From an uncultured Clostridia bacterium (GTDB lineage Bacteria > Bacillota > Clostridia > Christensenellales > UBA1242), in assembly GCA_944349905.1 (NCBI GenBank), contig CALVNR010000001.1:66550-130549 (forward strand): 64,000 bases of DNA, written 5' to 3'. The notes beneath the pieces are model-generated. The model saw only the letters and a list, made by a program, of their open reading frames with translations, was not told where the DNA came from and made no database searches. Positions 47,650 through 56,093 of this stretch are shown here, one piece after another; the first letter of the stretch is position 1; each line of letters starts with the position of its first letter. Made by a program: the position numbers and the translations under genes.

Positions 47650-49725
47650 ATGGCAAACAATCTAGAATTAACTAGAAACGTCGGAATCATGGCTCACATT
47701 GACGCAGGTAAAACAACTACAACTGAACGTATTTTGTTTTACACTGGAAAAAGTCACAAAATAGGTGAAGTTCATGATGGCGCTGCTACAATGGATTGGA
47801 TGGCGCAAGAACAAGAAAGAGGTATTACAATTACTTCTGCCTGCACAACTTGTTCATGGAAAGGTCATAAAATAAATATTATTGATACTCCTGGACACGT
47901 TGACTTCACAATTGAAGTTGAAAGATCATTAAAAGTTCTTGATGGAGCTGTTTTGGTTCTTTCTGCTCGTGATAAAGTTCAACCTCAAACAGAAACTGTT
48001 TGGCGTCAATCAAACAAATACAAAGTTCCTACTATCATCTATGTAAACAAAATGGATAGAGATGCTGCAGACTTCTTCGGTTGTGTTGAGTCAATCCAAA
48101 GAAGACTTAAAACAAATCCATTACCTATTCAAATGCCAATAGGTGAAGCTGATACATTTAAAGGTATTATTGACCTTTTGACAATGAAAGCTGAAATCTA
48201 TAAAGATGATATGGGAAAAGATATTGAAGTTACTGATATTCCAGCTGAACTTAAAGATAAAGCTGAAAAACTTCACAATGAAATCGTAGAAAAAATCGTT
48301 GAAACAGACGATGCTTTGCTTGAAAGATATTTTGAAGGCGAAGAAATTTCTATTGATGAACTTAAAAAAGCTATAAGAAAAGCAACTATCGCAAAAACTC
48401 TTGTACCTGTTCTTTGTGGTTCTTCTTACAAGAACAAGGGCGTTCAAATGCTTCTTGATGCTATGGTAGAATATTTACCTAGTCCACTTGATATTGAATA
48501 TATCAAAGGAATAAATCCGGAAACAGGTGAAGAAGAAGACAGAGCGCCAGATGAAAATGCACCACTTGCAGGTCTTGCATTTAAAATTATGACAGACCCA
48601 TATGTTGGTGGACTTACATTCTTCCGTGTTTATTCAGGAAAACTTACAGCCGGTTCTTATGTTTACAACTCAAACAACGGAAAAACTGAAAGAGTTGGTC
48701 GTCTTATTAGAATGCACGCAAACACTAGACAAGAAATTACAGAAGTTAGCGCAGGGGATATTGCTGCTATCGTAGGTCTTAAAGACACAATTACTGGACA
48801 CACTCTTTGTGATGAAAAACATCCAATTCAACTTGAAAGTATGGATTTCCCAGAACCTGTTATTCAACTTGCTATCGAACCTAAAACAAAAGATATGCAA
48901 GAAAAAATGGCTCTTGCTCTTGCAAAACTTTCAAGAGAAGACCCTTCATTTAGAGTTTCTACAAACCAAGAAACTGGTCAAACTTTGATCGCTGGTATGG
49001 GAGAACTTCACCTTGAAATTATTGTTGACAGACTTCTTAGAGAATTCAAAGTAGAAGCAACTGTTGGTAAACCACAAGTTTCTTATCGTGAAGCAATTAA
49101 GAAAGCAGTTAAAGCAGAAGGAAAATTTATCCGTCAATCAGGTGGTAAAGGTCAATATGGTCACTGCGTAATTGAAATGGAACCTTTGGAACCAGGACAA
49201 GGATACCAATTTGTTGATAAAACTGTTGGTGGTTCAGTTCCAAAAGAATATATTCAACCTATCAATAATGGAATTAACGAAGCAAGAATGAACGGTGTTT
49301 TGGCTGGTTATGAAACTGTTGACTTTAGAGTAACATTAGTTGATGGTTCTTACCATGAAGTTGACTCTTCTGAAATGGCATTCAAAATTGCTGGTTCTAT
49401 GGCTTTCCAAGAAGCTGCAAAAAATGCTGACCCTGTAATTCTTGAACCTATCATGAAAGTTTCTGTTGAAGTTCCTGATGAATATCTTGGAACAGTTATG
49501 GGGAACCTTACTTCTCGTAGAGGTATGCTTACTGGAACAGAGTCTTCTGCAGGTATACAAATTGTTAATGCAGAAGTGCCACTTGCTGAAATGTTCGGTT
49601 ATGCTACTGACCTTCGTTCTCAAACACAAGGTAGAGGTAATTATGTTATGGAACCTCTTAAATATCAAGAAGTTCCAAAATCAATTGCTCAAAATATAAT
49701 TGGCGAAAGAGCTAAAAATAAATAA
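47650..49725 (+). CDS. fusA: elongation factor G
   Basis: [32 protein letters not shown]. 691 aa. Confidence 0.98.
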   Translation: MANNLELTRNVGIMAHIDAGKTTTTERILFYTGKSHKIGEVHDGAATMDWMAQEQERGITITSACTTCSWKGHKINIIDTPGHVDFTIEVERSLKVLDGAVLVLSARDKVQPQTETVWRQSNKYKVPTIIYVNKMDRDAADFFGCVESIQRRLKTNPLPIQMPIGEADTFKGIIDLLTMKAEIYKDDMGKDIEVTDIPAELKDKAEKLHNEIVEKIVETDDALLERYFEGEEISIDELKKAIRKATIAKTLVPVLCGSSYKNKGVQMLLDAMVEYLPSPLDIEYIKGINPETGEEEDRAPDENAPLAGLAFKIMTDPYVGGLTFFRVYSGKLTAGSYVYNSNNGKTERVGRLIRMHANTRQEITEVSAGDIAAIVGLKDTITGHTLCDEKHPIQLESMDFPEPVIQLAIEPKTKDMQEKMALALAKLSREDPSFRVSTNQETGQTLIAGMGELHLEIIVDRLLREFKVEATVGKPQVSYREAIKKAVKAEGKFIRQSGGKGQYGHCVIEMEPLEPGQGYQFVDKTVGGSVPKEYIQPINNGINEARMNGVLAGYETVDFRVTLVDGSYHEVDSSEMAFKIAGSMAFQEAAKNADPVILEPIMKVSVEVPDEYLGTVMGNLTSRRGMLTGTESSAGIQIVNAEVPLAEMFGYATDLRSQTQGRGNYVMEPLKYQEVPKSIAQNIIGERAKNK

Positions 49726-49860
49726 TTAAACAAAATTTAAAACAAAAATTTTACCAAAATTATTTGTGTAAAAAGCAAAAAAAATTGTAAAAACATTTTG
49801 CTTTTTGCACAAAATGTGGTATTATACCATAGTAAAATAAAAAAAAGGAGATTTTTTAAA

Positions 49861-51063
49861 ATGGCTATAGGCGTTTATGAAAGAAAAAAACCACACGTAA
49901 ATGTTGGAACAATTGGTCACGTTGACCATGGTAAAACAACTCTTACTGCTGCAATTACTATGTACTCAGCTGCTAAGGGTTATGCACAAAAAATGAGATA
50001 TGATGAAATTGATAAGGCTCCAGAAGAAAAAGCTAGAGGTATCACTATTAACACTGCTCACGTTGAGTATGAAACTGACAAACGTCACTATGCTCACGTT
50101 GACTGCCCAGGACACGCTGACTATGTTAAAAACATGATTACTGGTGCTGCTCAAATGGATGGCGCTATCCTTGTAGTTGCTGCTACTGATGGTCCAATGC
50201 CTCAAACAAGAGAACACATTCTTCTTGCTAGACAAGTTGGTGTTCCATACATCACTGTATTTATGAACAAAACTGATCAAGTTGATGATCCAGAACTTCT
50301 TGAACTTGTTGAAATGGAAATCAGAGACCTTCTTTCTGAATATGGTTTCCCAGGAGACACTACTCCAATCATCAAAGGTTCTGCTTTGAAAGCTCTTGAA
50401 GCTGCTCAAGCTGGAAACGTTTCTGATCCCGCTTGCGCTTGCATCCAAGAACTTCTTGATGCTCTTGATTCATTTATTCCTGAACCTCAAAGAGAAACAG
50501 ACAAACCTTTCCTTATGCCTGTTGAAGACGTATTCACAATCACTGGTCGTGGTACTGTTGCTACTGGTAGAGTTGAAAGAGGAACTGTTAAAGTTGGCGA
50601 TACAGTAGAAATCGTTGGACTTGGTGCTTCAAAACAAACTGTTATTACAGGCGTTGAAATGTTCCACAAATCTCTTGATGCAGCTATTGCTGGAGATAAT
50701 GCTGGACTTCTTCTTCGTGGTATCCAAAGAACAGATATTGAAAGAGGACAAGTTCTTTGCAAACCAGGTTCTATTCACCCACACACTAAATTTACAGCAG
50801 AAGTTTATGTATTGAAGAAAGAAGAAGGTGGCCGTCATACTCCATTCTTCAATGGATACAGACCACAATTCTATTTCAGAACTACTGATATTACTGGTGT
50901 AATTGAACTTGAAAAAGGTGTTGAAATGGTTATGCCTGGGGATCACGTTAAGATGACTATCACTCTTATCAACCCAATTGCTATTGAACAAGGACTTCGT
51001 TTCGCTATCCGTGAAGGTGGCAGAACAGTTGGTTCTGGTGTTGTTTCAACAATCATTGAATAA
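49861..51063 (+). CDS. tuf: elongation factor Tu
   Basis: [31 protein letters not shown]. The ATG at 49861 has an AAGGAG RBS; the upstream ORF-track extension is rejected. Confidence 0.98.
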   Translation: MAIGVYERKKPHVNVGTIGHVDHGKTTLTAAITMYSAAKGYAQKMRYDEIDKAPEEKARGITINTAHVEYETDKRHYAHVDCPGHADYVKNMITGAAQMDGAILVVAATDGPMPQTREHILLARQVGVPYITVFMNKTDQVDDPELLELVEMEIRDLLSEYGFPGDTTPIIKGSALKALEAAQAGNVSDPACACIQELLDALDSFIPEPQRETDKPFLMPVEDVFTITGRGTVATGRVERGTVKVGDTVEIVGLGASKQTVITGVEMFHKSLDAAIAGDNAGLLLRGIQRTDIERGQVLCKPGSIHPHTKFTAEVYVLKKEEGGRHTPFFNGYRPQFYFRTTDITGVIELEKGVEMVMPGDHVKMTITLINPIAIEQGLRFAIREGGRTVGSGVVSTIIE

Positions 51064-51072
51064 TTACAGATT

Positions 51073-51104
51073 AAAAAAACGACTTATATTTAGTCGTTTT
51101 TTTA
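51073..51104 (+). terminator. intrinsic terminator after tuf
   Basis: AACGACT/AGTCGTT hairpin flanked by A7 and T7. Confidence 0.85.
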
Positions 51105-51236
51105 TTTTGTATTTTATTTGAATTATTATTATAAAAAATTAAGGTAATCATATTTCCTACAAATATGTTATGTAAAAGTATTTTGAAAAAACAATATTTG
51201 ATTTTCAATAAATGTTTTATTAATTTATTAAACTTT

Positions 51237-51264
51237 TTGACTTTTATTTTTTTTGTGCTATACT
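51237..51264 (+). promoter_or_regulatory. sigma-A type promoter
   Basis: TTGACT, 16 nt, TGcTATACT extended -10. Confidence 0.5.
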
Positions 51265-51288
51265 AGTTTTGTTTAAAAGGTGTTGTTT

Positions 51289-51657
51289 ATGGGATTTATG
51301 GGTAAAATTTTTAAAGCATTTGGCTTTGAAGTAGATGAAAAATCTAAGCCGGAAAAAAAGAAAACAAAAGCAAGTTTTAAAATAAAAAATGGTAAAATAA
51401 AATCTAGGGCAGAAGAAATAGATGGTGTTCCTGTTTATTATCCTGAAACATATCTTCAAGCTGGTGATTTTGCCGAGGTATTAAAAAACGGAAAGCCTTG
51501 TATTATTTCAATTGAATATTGTGATAAAGAATTGAGTGATAGAATTCTGACTTATTTTGAAGGAGTTTGTTTTGTTCTTAAAGCAAAGAGAATTGAACTA
51601 GAAGAACAAAAATTGTTTTTATATTTGCCGGAGGATATGGAAATTGAAGAAAAATAA
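51289..51657 (+). CDS. sepF: cell division protein SepF
   Basis: The C-terminal DUF552-like core (P..Y..A..FAEVLKNGKPCIISIEY...SDRILTYFEGV) matches the SepF pattern. Short basic N-terminal amphipathic helix MGFMGKIFKAFGF. Confidence 0.75.
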   Translation: MGFMGKIFKAFGFEVDEKSKPEKKKTKASFKIKNGKIKSRAEEIDGVPVYYPETYLQAGDFAEVLKNGKPCIISIEYCDKELSDRILTYFEGVCFVLKAKRIELEEQKLFLYLPEDMEIEEK

Positions 51658-52186
51658 TTTTTTTAAAACTTATTTTCTAGTTATTTTGTTTTTTTCACTT
51701 ACATTTATATTTGACATGCTTACAAAATATTTTTTAATAGGAACATTGATACCAAACGAGGGTGATAGCGTTGACTTTATAGATGGTTTTATTAATTTTG
51801 TTTATGTTCAAAATAAAGGAGCAGGTTGGGGTATTTTAAGTGGGCAGTCTGTGCTTTTAATAGTTTTATCAATAATAATATTGGCAGTTTTGATCTGGTT
51901 TTATATAATTAAAATGAAACAAGTTAGTAAATTAAATACTTTTTTATCAATTTCTATAGGGCTTATTGTTGGTGGTTGCATTGGCAATTTGTATGATAGA
52001 ATTTTTTTCGGTTTTGTTCGTGATTTTATTAATTTTCAATTTATGAGTTTTCCAGTATTTAATATTGCAGATATTTCATTAAGTGTTGGTGTGGTTTGCA
52101 TTGTAATTTATTTTATTTTAGATTACATTTCATATAAAAATACTGAAAAATTGAAAAATTCTAGCGAAAATAAAGACAATCAATAA
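51644..52186 (+). CDS. lspA: lipoprotein signal peptidase II
   Basis: VQNKGAGWG, NLYDR, FPVFNIADISLSVG motifs. Four TM segments. Confidence 0.9.
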   Translation: MKKNNFFKTYFLVILFFSLTFIFDMLTKYFLIGTLIPNEGDSVDFIDGFINFVYVQNKGAGWGILSGQSVLLIVLSIIILAVLIWFYIIKMKQVSKLNTFLSISIGLIVGGCIGNLYDRIFFGFVRDFINFQFMSFPVFNIADISLSVGVVCIVIYFILDYISYKNTEKLKNSSENKDNQ

Positions 52187-52218
52187 ATTAAATATATTAA
52201 TTTTTGTTATTCATTATT

Positions 52219-53115
52219 ATGAAAGGTAGTTTTTTTGTGGAAGAAAAGGAAAATTTGGAAAGGCTGGATATTGTTTTTAATTCAAGATATCCATCTTTTT
52301 CGCGTTCATATATAAAAAATTTAATAGATGACAAAAAGATATTTTTGCAAAACAGAAATGTAAAGGCAGGTGAAAAGGTAAAAACTGGACAACTTGTAAC
52401 TTTTGATTTTGAAGAAATAAAGCCGTTAGATGCTACTGCTCAAAATATAGATTTTGAAATTGTTTATCAAGATAAAGATTTGCTTGTCATCAACAAACCA
52501 CAAGGGTTGGTTGTTCATCCATGTTCTTCTACAAAAGATGGAACTTTGGTAAATGGTTTATTATATAAAGTTAAAGATTTAAGTGGGATAAATGGCGTTT
52601 TGCGTCCAGGAATTGTGCACAGGCTTGATAAGAATACTTCTGGCTTGATGTTGGTTGCAAAAAATGATAAATCACATATAAGTCTTGCAGAACAAATTAA
52701 AAATAAAATTTGTAAAAGAAGATATATTGCTCTTTGTGATGGTGTTTTTAAACAAGATGAAGGAAAAATTGAAACTTATTTGGAAAGAAGTAGTAGTGAT
52801 AGAAAAAAATATGCTGTTTCAGATAAAGGTAAGATTGCTATCACAGAGTATAAAGTTTTAAAAAGATATTCAACAAAAACATTAGTTGAATTTGAATTAA
52901 AGACAGGCCGAACACATCAAATCAGGGTGCATTGCAAATATATTAATCATCCTATAATAGGCGATGATGTCTATGGTAGGGCAGACAAAAACTTAAATGG
53001 TCAACTTTTGCATTCATACAAAATTGAATTTTTGCATCCAATTACTAATGAAAAAATGGGATTTTCTATTGATTTGCCTGATTATTTTAAAAATTATTTA
53101 AAAAAGTTAAAATAA
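52219..53115 (+). CDS. rluD: RluD-type 23S rRNA pseudouridine synthase
   Basis: N-terminal S4-like domain (RLD...SRSYIKNLI), catalytic HRLDKNTSG, GRTHQIRVH. lspA-rluD synteny. The start may instead be the GTG at 52237. Confidence 0.88.
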   Translation: MKGSFFVEEKENLERLDIVFNSRYPSFSRSYIKNLIDDKKIFLQNRNVKAGEKVKTGQLVTFDFEEIKPLDATAQNIDFEIVYQDKDLLVINKPQGLVVHPCSSTKDGTLVNGLLYKVKDLSGINGVLRPGIVHRLDKNTSGLMLVAKNDKSHISLAEQIKNKICKRRYIALCDGVFKQDEGKIETYLERSSSDRKKYAVSDKGKIAITEYKVLKRYSTKTLVEFELKTGRTHQIRVHCKYINHPIIGDDVYGRADKNLNGQLLHSYKIEFLHPITNEKMGFSIDLPDYFKNYLKKLK

Positions 53116-53127
53116 AACTATAAAAAT

Positions 53128-53163
53128 AAAAAACTTTTTGGAAATAACCAAAAAGTTTTTTTC
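53128..53163. terminator. bidirectional intrinsic terminator
   Basis: CTTTTTGG/CCAAAAAG stem extended by A/T runs, between convergent genes. Confidence 0.75.
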
Positions 53164-53165
53164 TA

Positions 53166-53549
53166 TTAATCTTGTGGTGCTTGAAATTCTGTAATTCCAA
53201 CACGGCGTTTTTTACGCTCAATTTCAATAAGATTTGAAAGTAAATCTCTTACTTTATAAGGGTTTGCTATATGATACATGTAAAACTCAGGAACAGCAGC
53301 GTCATTACTTTCTACTTTTATTGTGCCAGTCCCAAAAATTTTATCAGCAAGTGAAGCATGTAAAGTTATGTCAAAACATCTATAAACATTGATTTCATCA
53401 ATAATTGAAGAGAAAAAACCTTTGTGTCTAAATATTTTTATCCATTCGTTATCTTTTTTTACAATATAATATCTTGTAAATGAAAGTGGCATTCCCAAAA
53501 AGCGCTTTCTATCATGCCAAATTACTTCGCAATCTTTATCAAATTTCAT
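53166..53549 (-). CDS. bacterial PH-domain protein (127 aa), paralog 1
   Basis: MKFDKDCEVIWHDRKRFLGMP... matches the small bPH-type family seen in Clostridia. GGAGGAAAT RBS. 90/127 residues are identical to the 55128..55511 product by manual alignment. Confidence 0.65.
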   Translation of the reverse strand: MKFDKDCEVIWHDRKRFLGMPLSFTRYYIVKKDNEWIKIFRHKGFFSSIIDEINVYRCFDITLHASLADKIFGTGTIKVESNDAAVPEFYMYHIANPYKVRDLLSNLIEIERKKRRVGITEFQAPQD

Positions 53550-53767
53550 ATTTCCTCCACGAAAACTTTAATAATATTTTACTACAAATTTTATAAAAAG
53601 TAAAGAATTTTTTTACAAATAAAAAAATAAAAAAAGAATATAAGGTTAAACCATTTTGAAACTAGCATAATAAACAATTTTACAATAAAAATTTTTATAA
53701 AAAGTTTAGTAAGCTTAGATATTGTTGAAATAAAAAATATGTATTAAAATAAATAGACTTTAAAATC

Positions 53768-53812
53768 ATAAAAAGAGAATCTTATCAAACAATGCAAGAT
53801 TCTCTTTTTATT
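53768..53812 (-). terminator. intrinsic terminator after the hydrolase gene
   Basis: Perfect 12-bp stem AAAGAGAATCTT/AAGATTCTCTTT with a T-run on the minus strand. Confidence 0.75.
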
Positions 53813-53829
53813 TGTAATTTTATAATATG

Positions 53830-54369
53830 TCACAATAAGATAAGCAAATCTTCAAATTTTGAATAACCAGATTTCTCATTAAAATGTCCAGCATGATCAT
53901 ACACAATAGTTTTAGCTTTTATAGAGTTTGAAAAATCTTGCAAAGCTTCAATTTTTATATATGGGTCATCTTTACTGTATATACATATTCGTTCATCACA
54001 TAAATTTATAAATTTTTTTATTTCATCAGTATACATGTATTTGTTAATATTATCAAAATTTTCTAAGAAATAGTAATTATTGCAACCACTAACAAAAATA
54101 CACTTACCTATTTTTAAATTGTGTTTTATACAATATTTTGCTAAAAAAACACAACCAATAGAATGACAAATAAAAATACTTTCATTAGTTATCTTATCTT
54201 TAACTTTATCCAACACTTTTGCCCAATTTTTAAAATTTTGTCCCTCTGGAGTAGGATAATTAAAATTATAAACTTCCATTCCCTGTTTTCTAATTTCATT
54301 TTCTAACCAAGGAAACCAATTTTCTTTGTTATGACCATATGTCCCATGAATAATAAAATAGTTTTTCAT
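53830..54369 (-). CDS. RBBP9/YdeN-family alpha/beta serine hydrolase
   Basis: 179 aa. N-terminus FIIHGTYGHNKENWFPWL, nucleophile elbow ICHSIGC, C-terminal HAGHF. Confidence 0.7.
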   Translation of the reverse strand: MKNYFIIHGTYGHNKENWFPWLENEIRKQGMEVYNFNYPTPEGQNFKNWAKVLDKVKDKITNESIFICHSIGCVFLAKYCIKHNLKIGKCIFVSGCNNYYFLENFDNINKYMYTDEIKKFINLCDERICIYSKDDPYIKIEALQDFSNSIKAKTIVYDHAGHFNEKSGYSKFEDLLILL

Positions 54370-54440
54370 ATGTTTCTCCTTAAAAAAAATATATCATAAA
54401 TTTAATAAGTTTTTATTGAAAATAATTTATAGAAATTTTA

Positions 54441-54779
54441 TCATATACATTTATATGTGTAATTGTCTTGATATAAACAAATATCCTTAATAGCATCAAA
54501 AATAGGTTTACTTTTACTAGAAATCCAATCACTAACTCGAGATTGATTCACATTTTTTTTAGCCAAAGATTGTTGAGTTAAATTATTTTCATCTATGATG
54601 TTCAGTATATTTTTAGCTACAGTCGTTATGTTGTTCCTTTTTAAATTTATTTTATTATAACATATATAACATAAAAAGTGTATATAAATTTTATGAGAAT
54701 TGCGATAAATTTTTATAAAAATAAATTTGGCATTTCGACGTGTGCTTGTCTTGATACAAGTCGGTGTCGCTTCGCTCAA
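54441..54779 (-). CDS. XRE-family helix-turn-helix protein (start codon uncertain)
   Basis: The C-terminal ~65 aa VAKNILNIIDENNLTQQSLAKKNVNQSRVSDWISSKSKP form a classic HTH_3 motif. The first ~45 aa of the ORF look non-protein-like and overlap a hairpin, and no canonical start lies near the AAAAGGA RBS-like site at about 54640. Confidence 0.45.
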   Translation of the reverse strand: MSEATPTCIKTSTRRNAKFIFIKIYRNSHKIYIHFLCYICYNKINLKRNNITTVAKNILNIIDENNLTQQSLAKKNVNQSRVSDWISSKSKPIFDAIKDICLYQDNYTYKCI

Positions 54780-54796
54780 CCGAAGACAAGTACACG
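54739..54796 (+). other. 58-nt GC-enriched extended hairpin
   Basis: CGTGTGCTTGTCTT (54739-54752) pairs with AAGACAAGTACACG (54783-54796). That is 14 bp including one G-U that pairs only on the plus strand. An inner CGGT/ACCG helix is also present. Confidence 0.6.
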
Positions 54797-54823
54797 ATTA
54801 AAAAATAATTTAAAGGAGAAAAA

Positions 54824-54866
54824 AAGAGTTGTTTGTAGACATAACACAACTCTTGCTTTTCTTTTT
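54824..54866 (+). terminator. plus-strand intrinsic terminator-like hairpin
   Basis: AAGAGTTGT/ACAACTCTT stem followed by GCTTTTCTTTTT. Confidence 0.5.
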
Positions 54867-55037
54867 ACATTGACTCAATTTTCTTTGGCTAGTTAAGAGA
54901 AATAATGGCTTATTATTTCTCTTTATAGATTATTTTCTAAAACAATCATTTGTCAAGGTTTAAAAACTTTTGCTACTCAAAACTTTTTAAACAATTCCTT
55001 GACTAATTCTTGTTTTGTGTTTGTTTTGCTATTTTTG

Positions 55038-55076
55038 ATAAATAAAAAGAGCATATACTTGTTTTGATAAGCTCTT
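55038..55076 (-). terminator. possible terminator after PH-domain paralog 2
   Basis: AAGAGC/GCTCTT stem (18-nt loop) followed by a T-rich run on the minus strand. Confidence 0.35.
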
Positions 55077-55127
55077 AATCTACTAGTTTCAAAACGACTA
55101 GACTAAATACTCTTTTTTTGTTTTTTA

Positions 55128-55511
55128 TTAATTGTTTGGTGTTTGAAATTCTGTAATTCCAATATTTTTTTTCTTTCTTTCTACTTCAATTAAATTTGAA
55201 ATTAAATCTCTTACCAAATATGGATTTTTTATATGACGCATATGAAAGCATGGCGCATGAGCATCATTGCTTAATATTTCAATAGTCCCAGTATTAAAAA
55301 TTTTATCTGTCAATGTAACAGTTAAAGTTACATCAAAACATCTATAAACATTTATATCATCAATTATAGAAGTAAGCAATCCTTTATGTCTAAAAAATTT
55401 AACCCATTCGCCTTCTTTTTTTACAATGTAATATCTATAAAAGGAAATAGGCATTCCCCAATATCTTTTTCTATCATGCCAAATTACTTCGCAGTCTTTT
55501 CCAAACTTCAT
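55128..55511 (-). CDS. bacterial PH-domain protein (127 aa), paralog 2
   Basis: See paralog 1. AGGAGGAAAT RBS. The upstream ~60 nt are also conserved between the two copies. Confidence 0.65.
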   Translation of the reverse strand: MKFGKDCEVIWHDRKRYWGMPISFYRYYIVKKEGEWVKFFRHKGLLTSIIDDINVYRCFDVTLTVTLTDKIFNTGTIEILSNDAHAPCFHMRHIKNPYLVRDLISNLIEVERKKKNIGITEFQTPNN

Positions 55512-55579
55512 TATTTCCTCCTTAGATATTAGAAGTATTTTACTATAAATTTATAAAAAAGTAAATAGTTTTTTTAAAT

Positions 55580-55612
55580 AAAAAAAGCGATTAAATCGCT
55601 TTTCTTTTTTTT
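55580..55612 (-). terminator. intrinsic terminator after the Cys-rich gene
   Basis: AGCGATT/AATCGCT hairpin with a T-run on the minus strand. Confidence 0.75.
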
Positions 55613-55622
55613 ACTTTATTTA

Positions 55623-55823
55623 TTATTTGCAGTTATTATTGCAACCACAGCCGCCACATAAAAGTAAAAGAATTACAAGTGTGCAAGCGTCTATTCCGCA
55701 ACCATTGTTATTGCCACATCCACAAAGGCATTGTAAAATTATTATCCAAAGTATAAGTGAGCAAGGGTCACAGCAGTTGCCACAACCGCCAAATCCACTT
55801 TGGCAATTATTAAAGAAATTCAT
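55623..55823 (-). CDS. tiny Cys/Gly/Asn-rich protein with two hydrophobic segments (66 aa)
   Basis: AGGAGGA RBS 5 nt from the ATG. 14 Cys in GCGNCC, CLCGCG and CGGCGC clusters flanking LILWIIIL and LVILLLL. Dedicated terminator. Confidence 0.65.
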   Translation of the reverse strand: MNFFNNCQSGFGGCGNCCDPCSLILWIIILQCLCGCGNNNGCGIDACTLVILLLLCGGCGCNNNCK

Positions 55824-56023
55824 TTGTTCCTCCTATATTTCTTATGTATTGAAAGTTTTTTGCTTTCACATTAACATACTACGCATTATCTTTTTTAAAT
55901 GTGCAAAAAAAAATTGTTAAAAATTTTAAAATAATTTATTTATAGTCAAAAAACGACCTTTTTCAACAGTATAAAGGGAGTTCGTTTCCACAAAATATTT
56001 TTATAATATATGCTGGAATTTTG

Positions 56024-56052
56024 TTGACTTAAAAAGCAAAATATTATAAAAT
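56024..56052 (+). promoter_or_regulatory. sigma-A type promoter
   Basis: TTGACT, 17 nt, TAAAAT. Confidence 0.5.
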
Positions 56053-56093
56053 AGCATTGTTATAAAATTTATACTATAAAAGGACCTAAAAGT

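Noticed and set aside
49966-50991. Minus-strand ORFs of 160, 91 and 120 aa
   Set aside because: They are antisense shadows of tuf. They have no RBS and low-complexity Ser/Phe-rich products.
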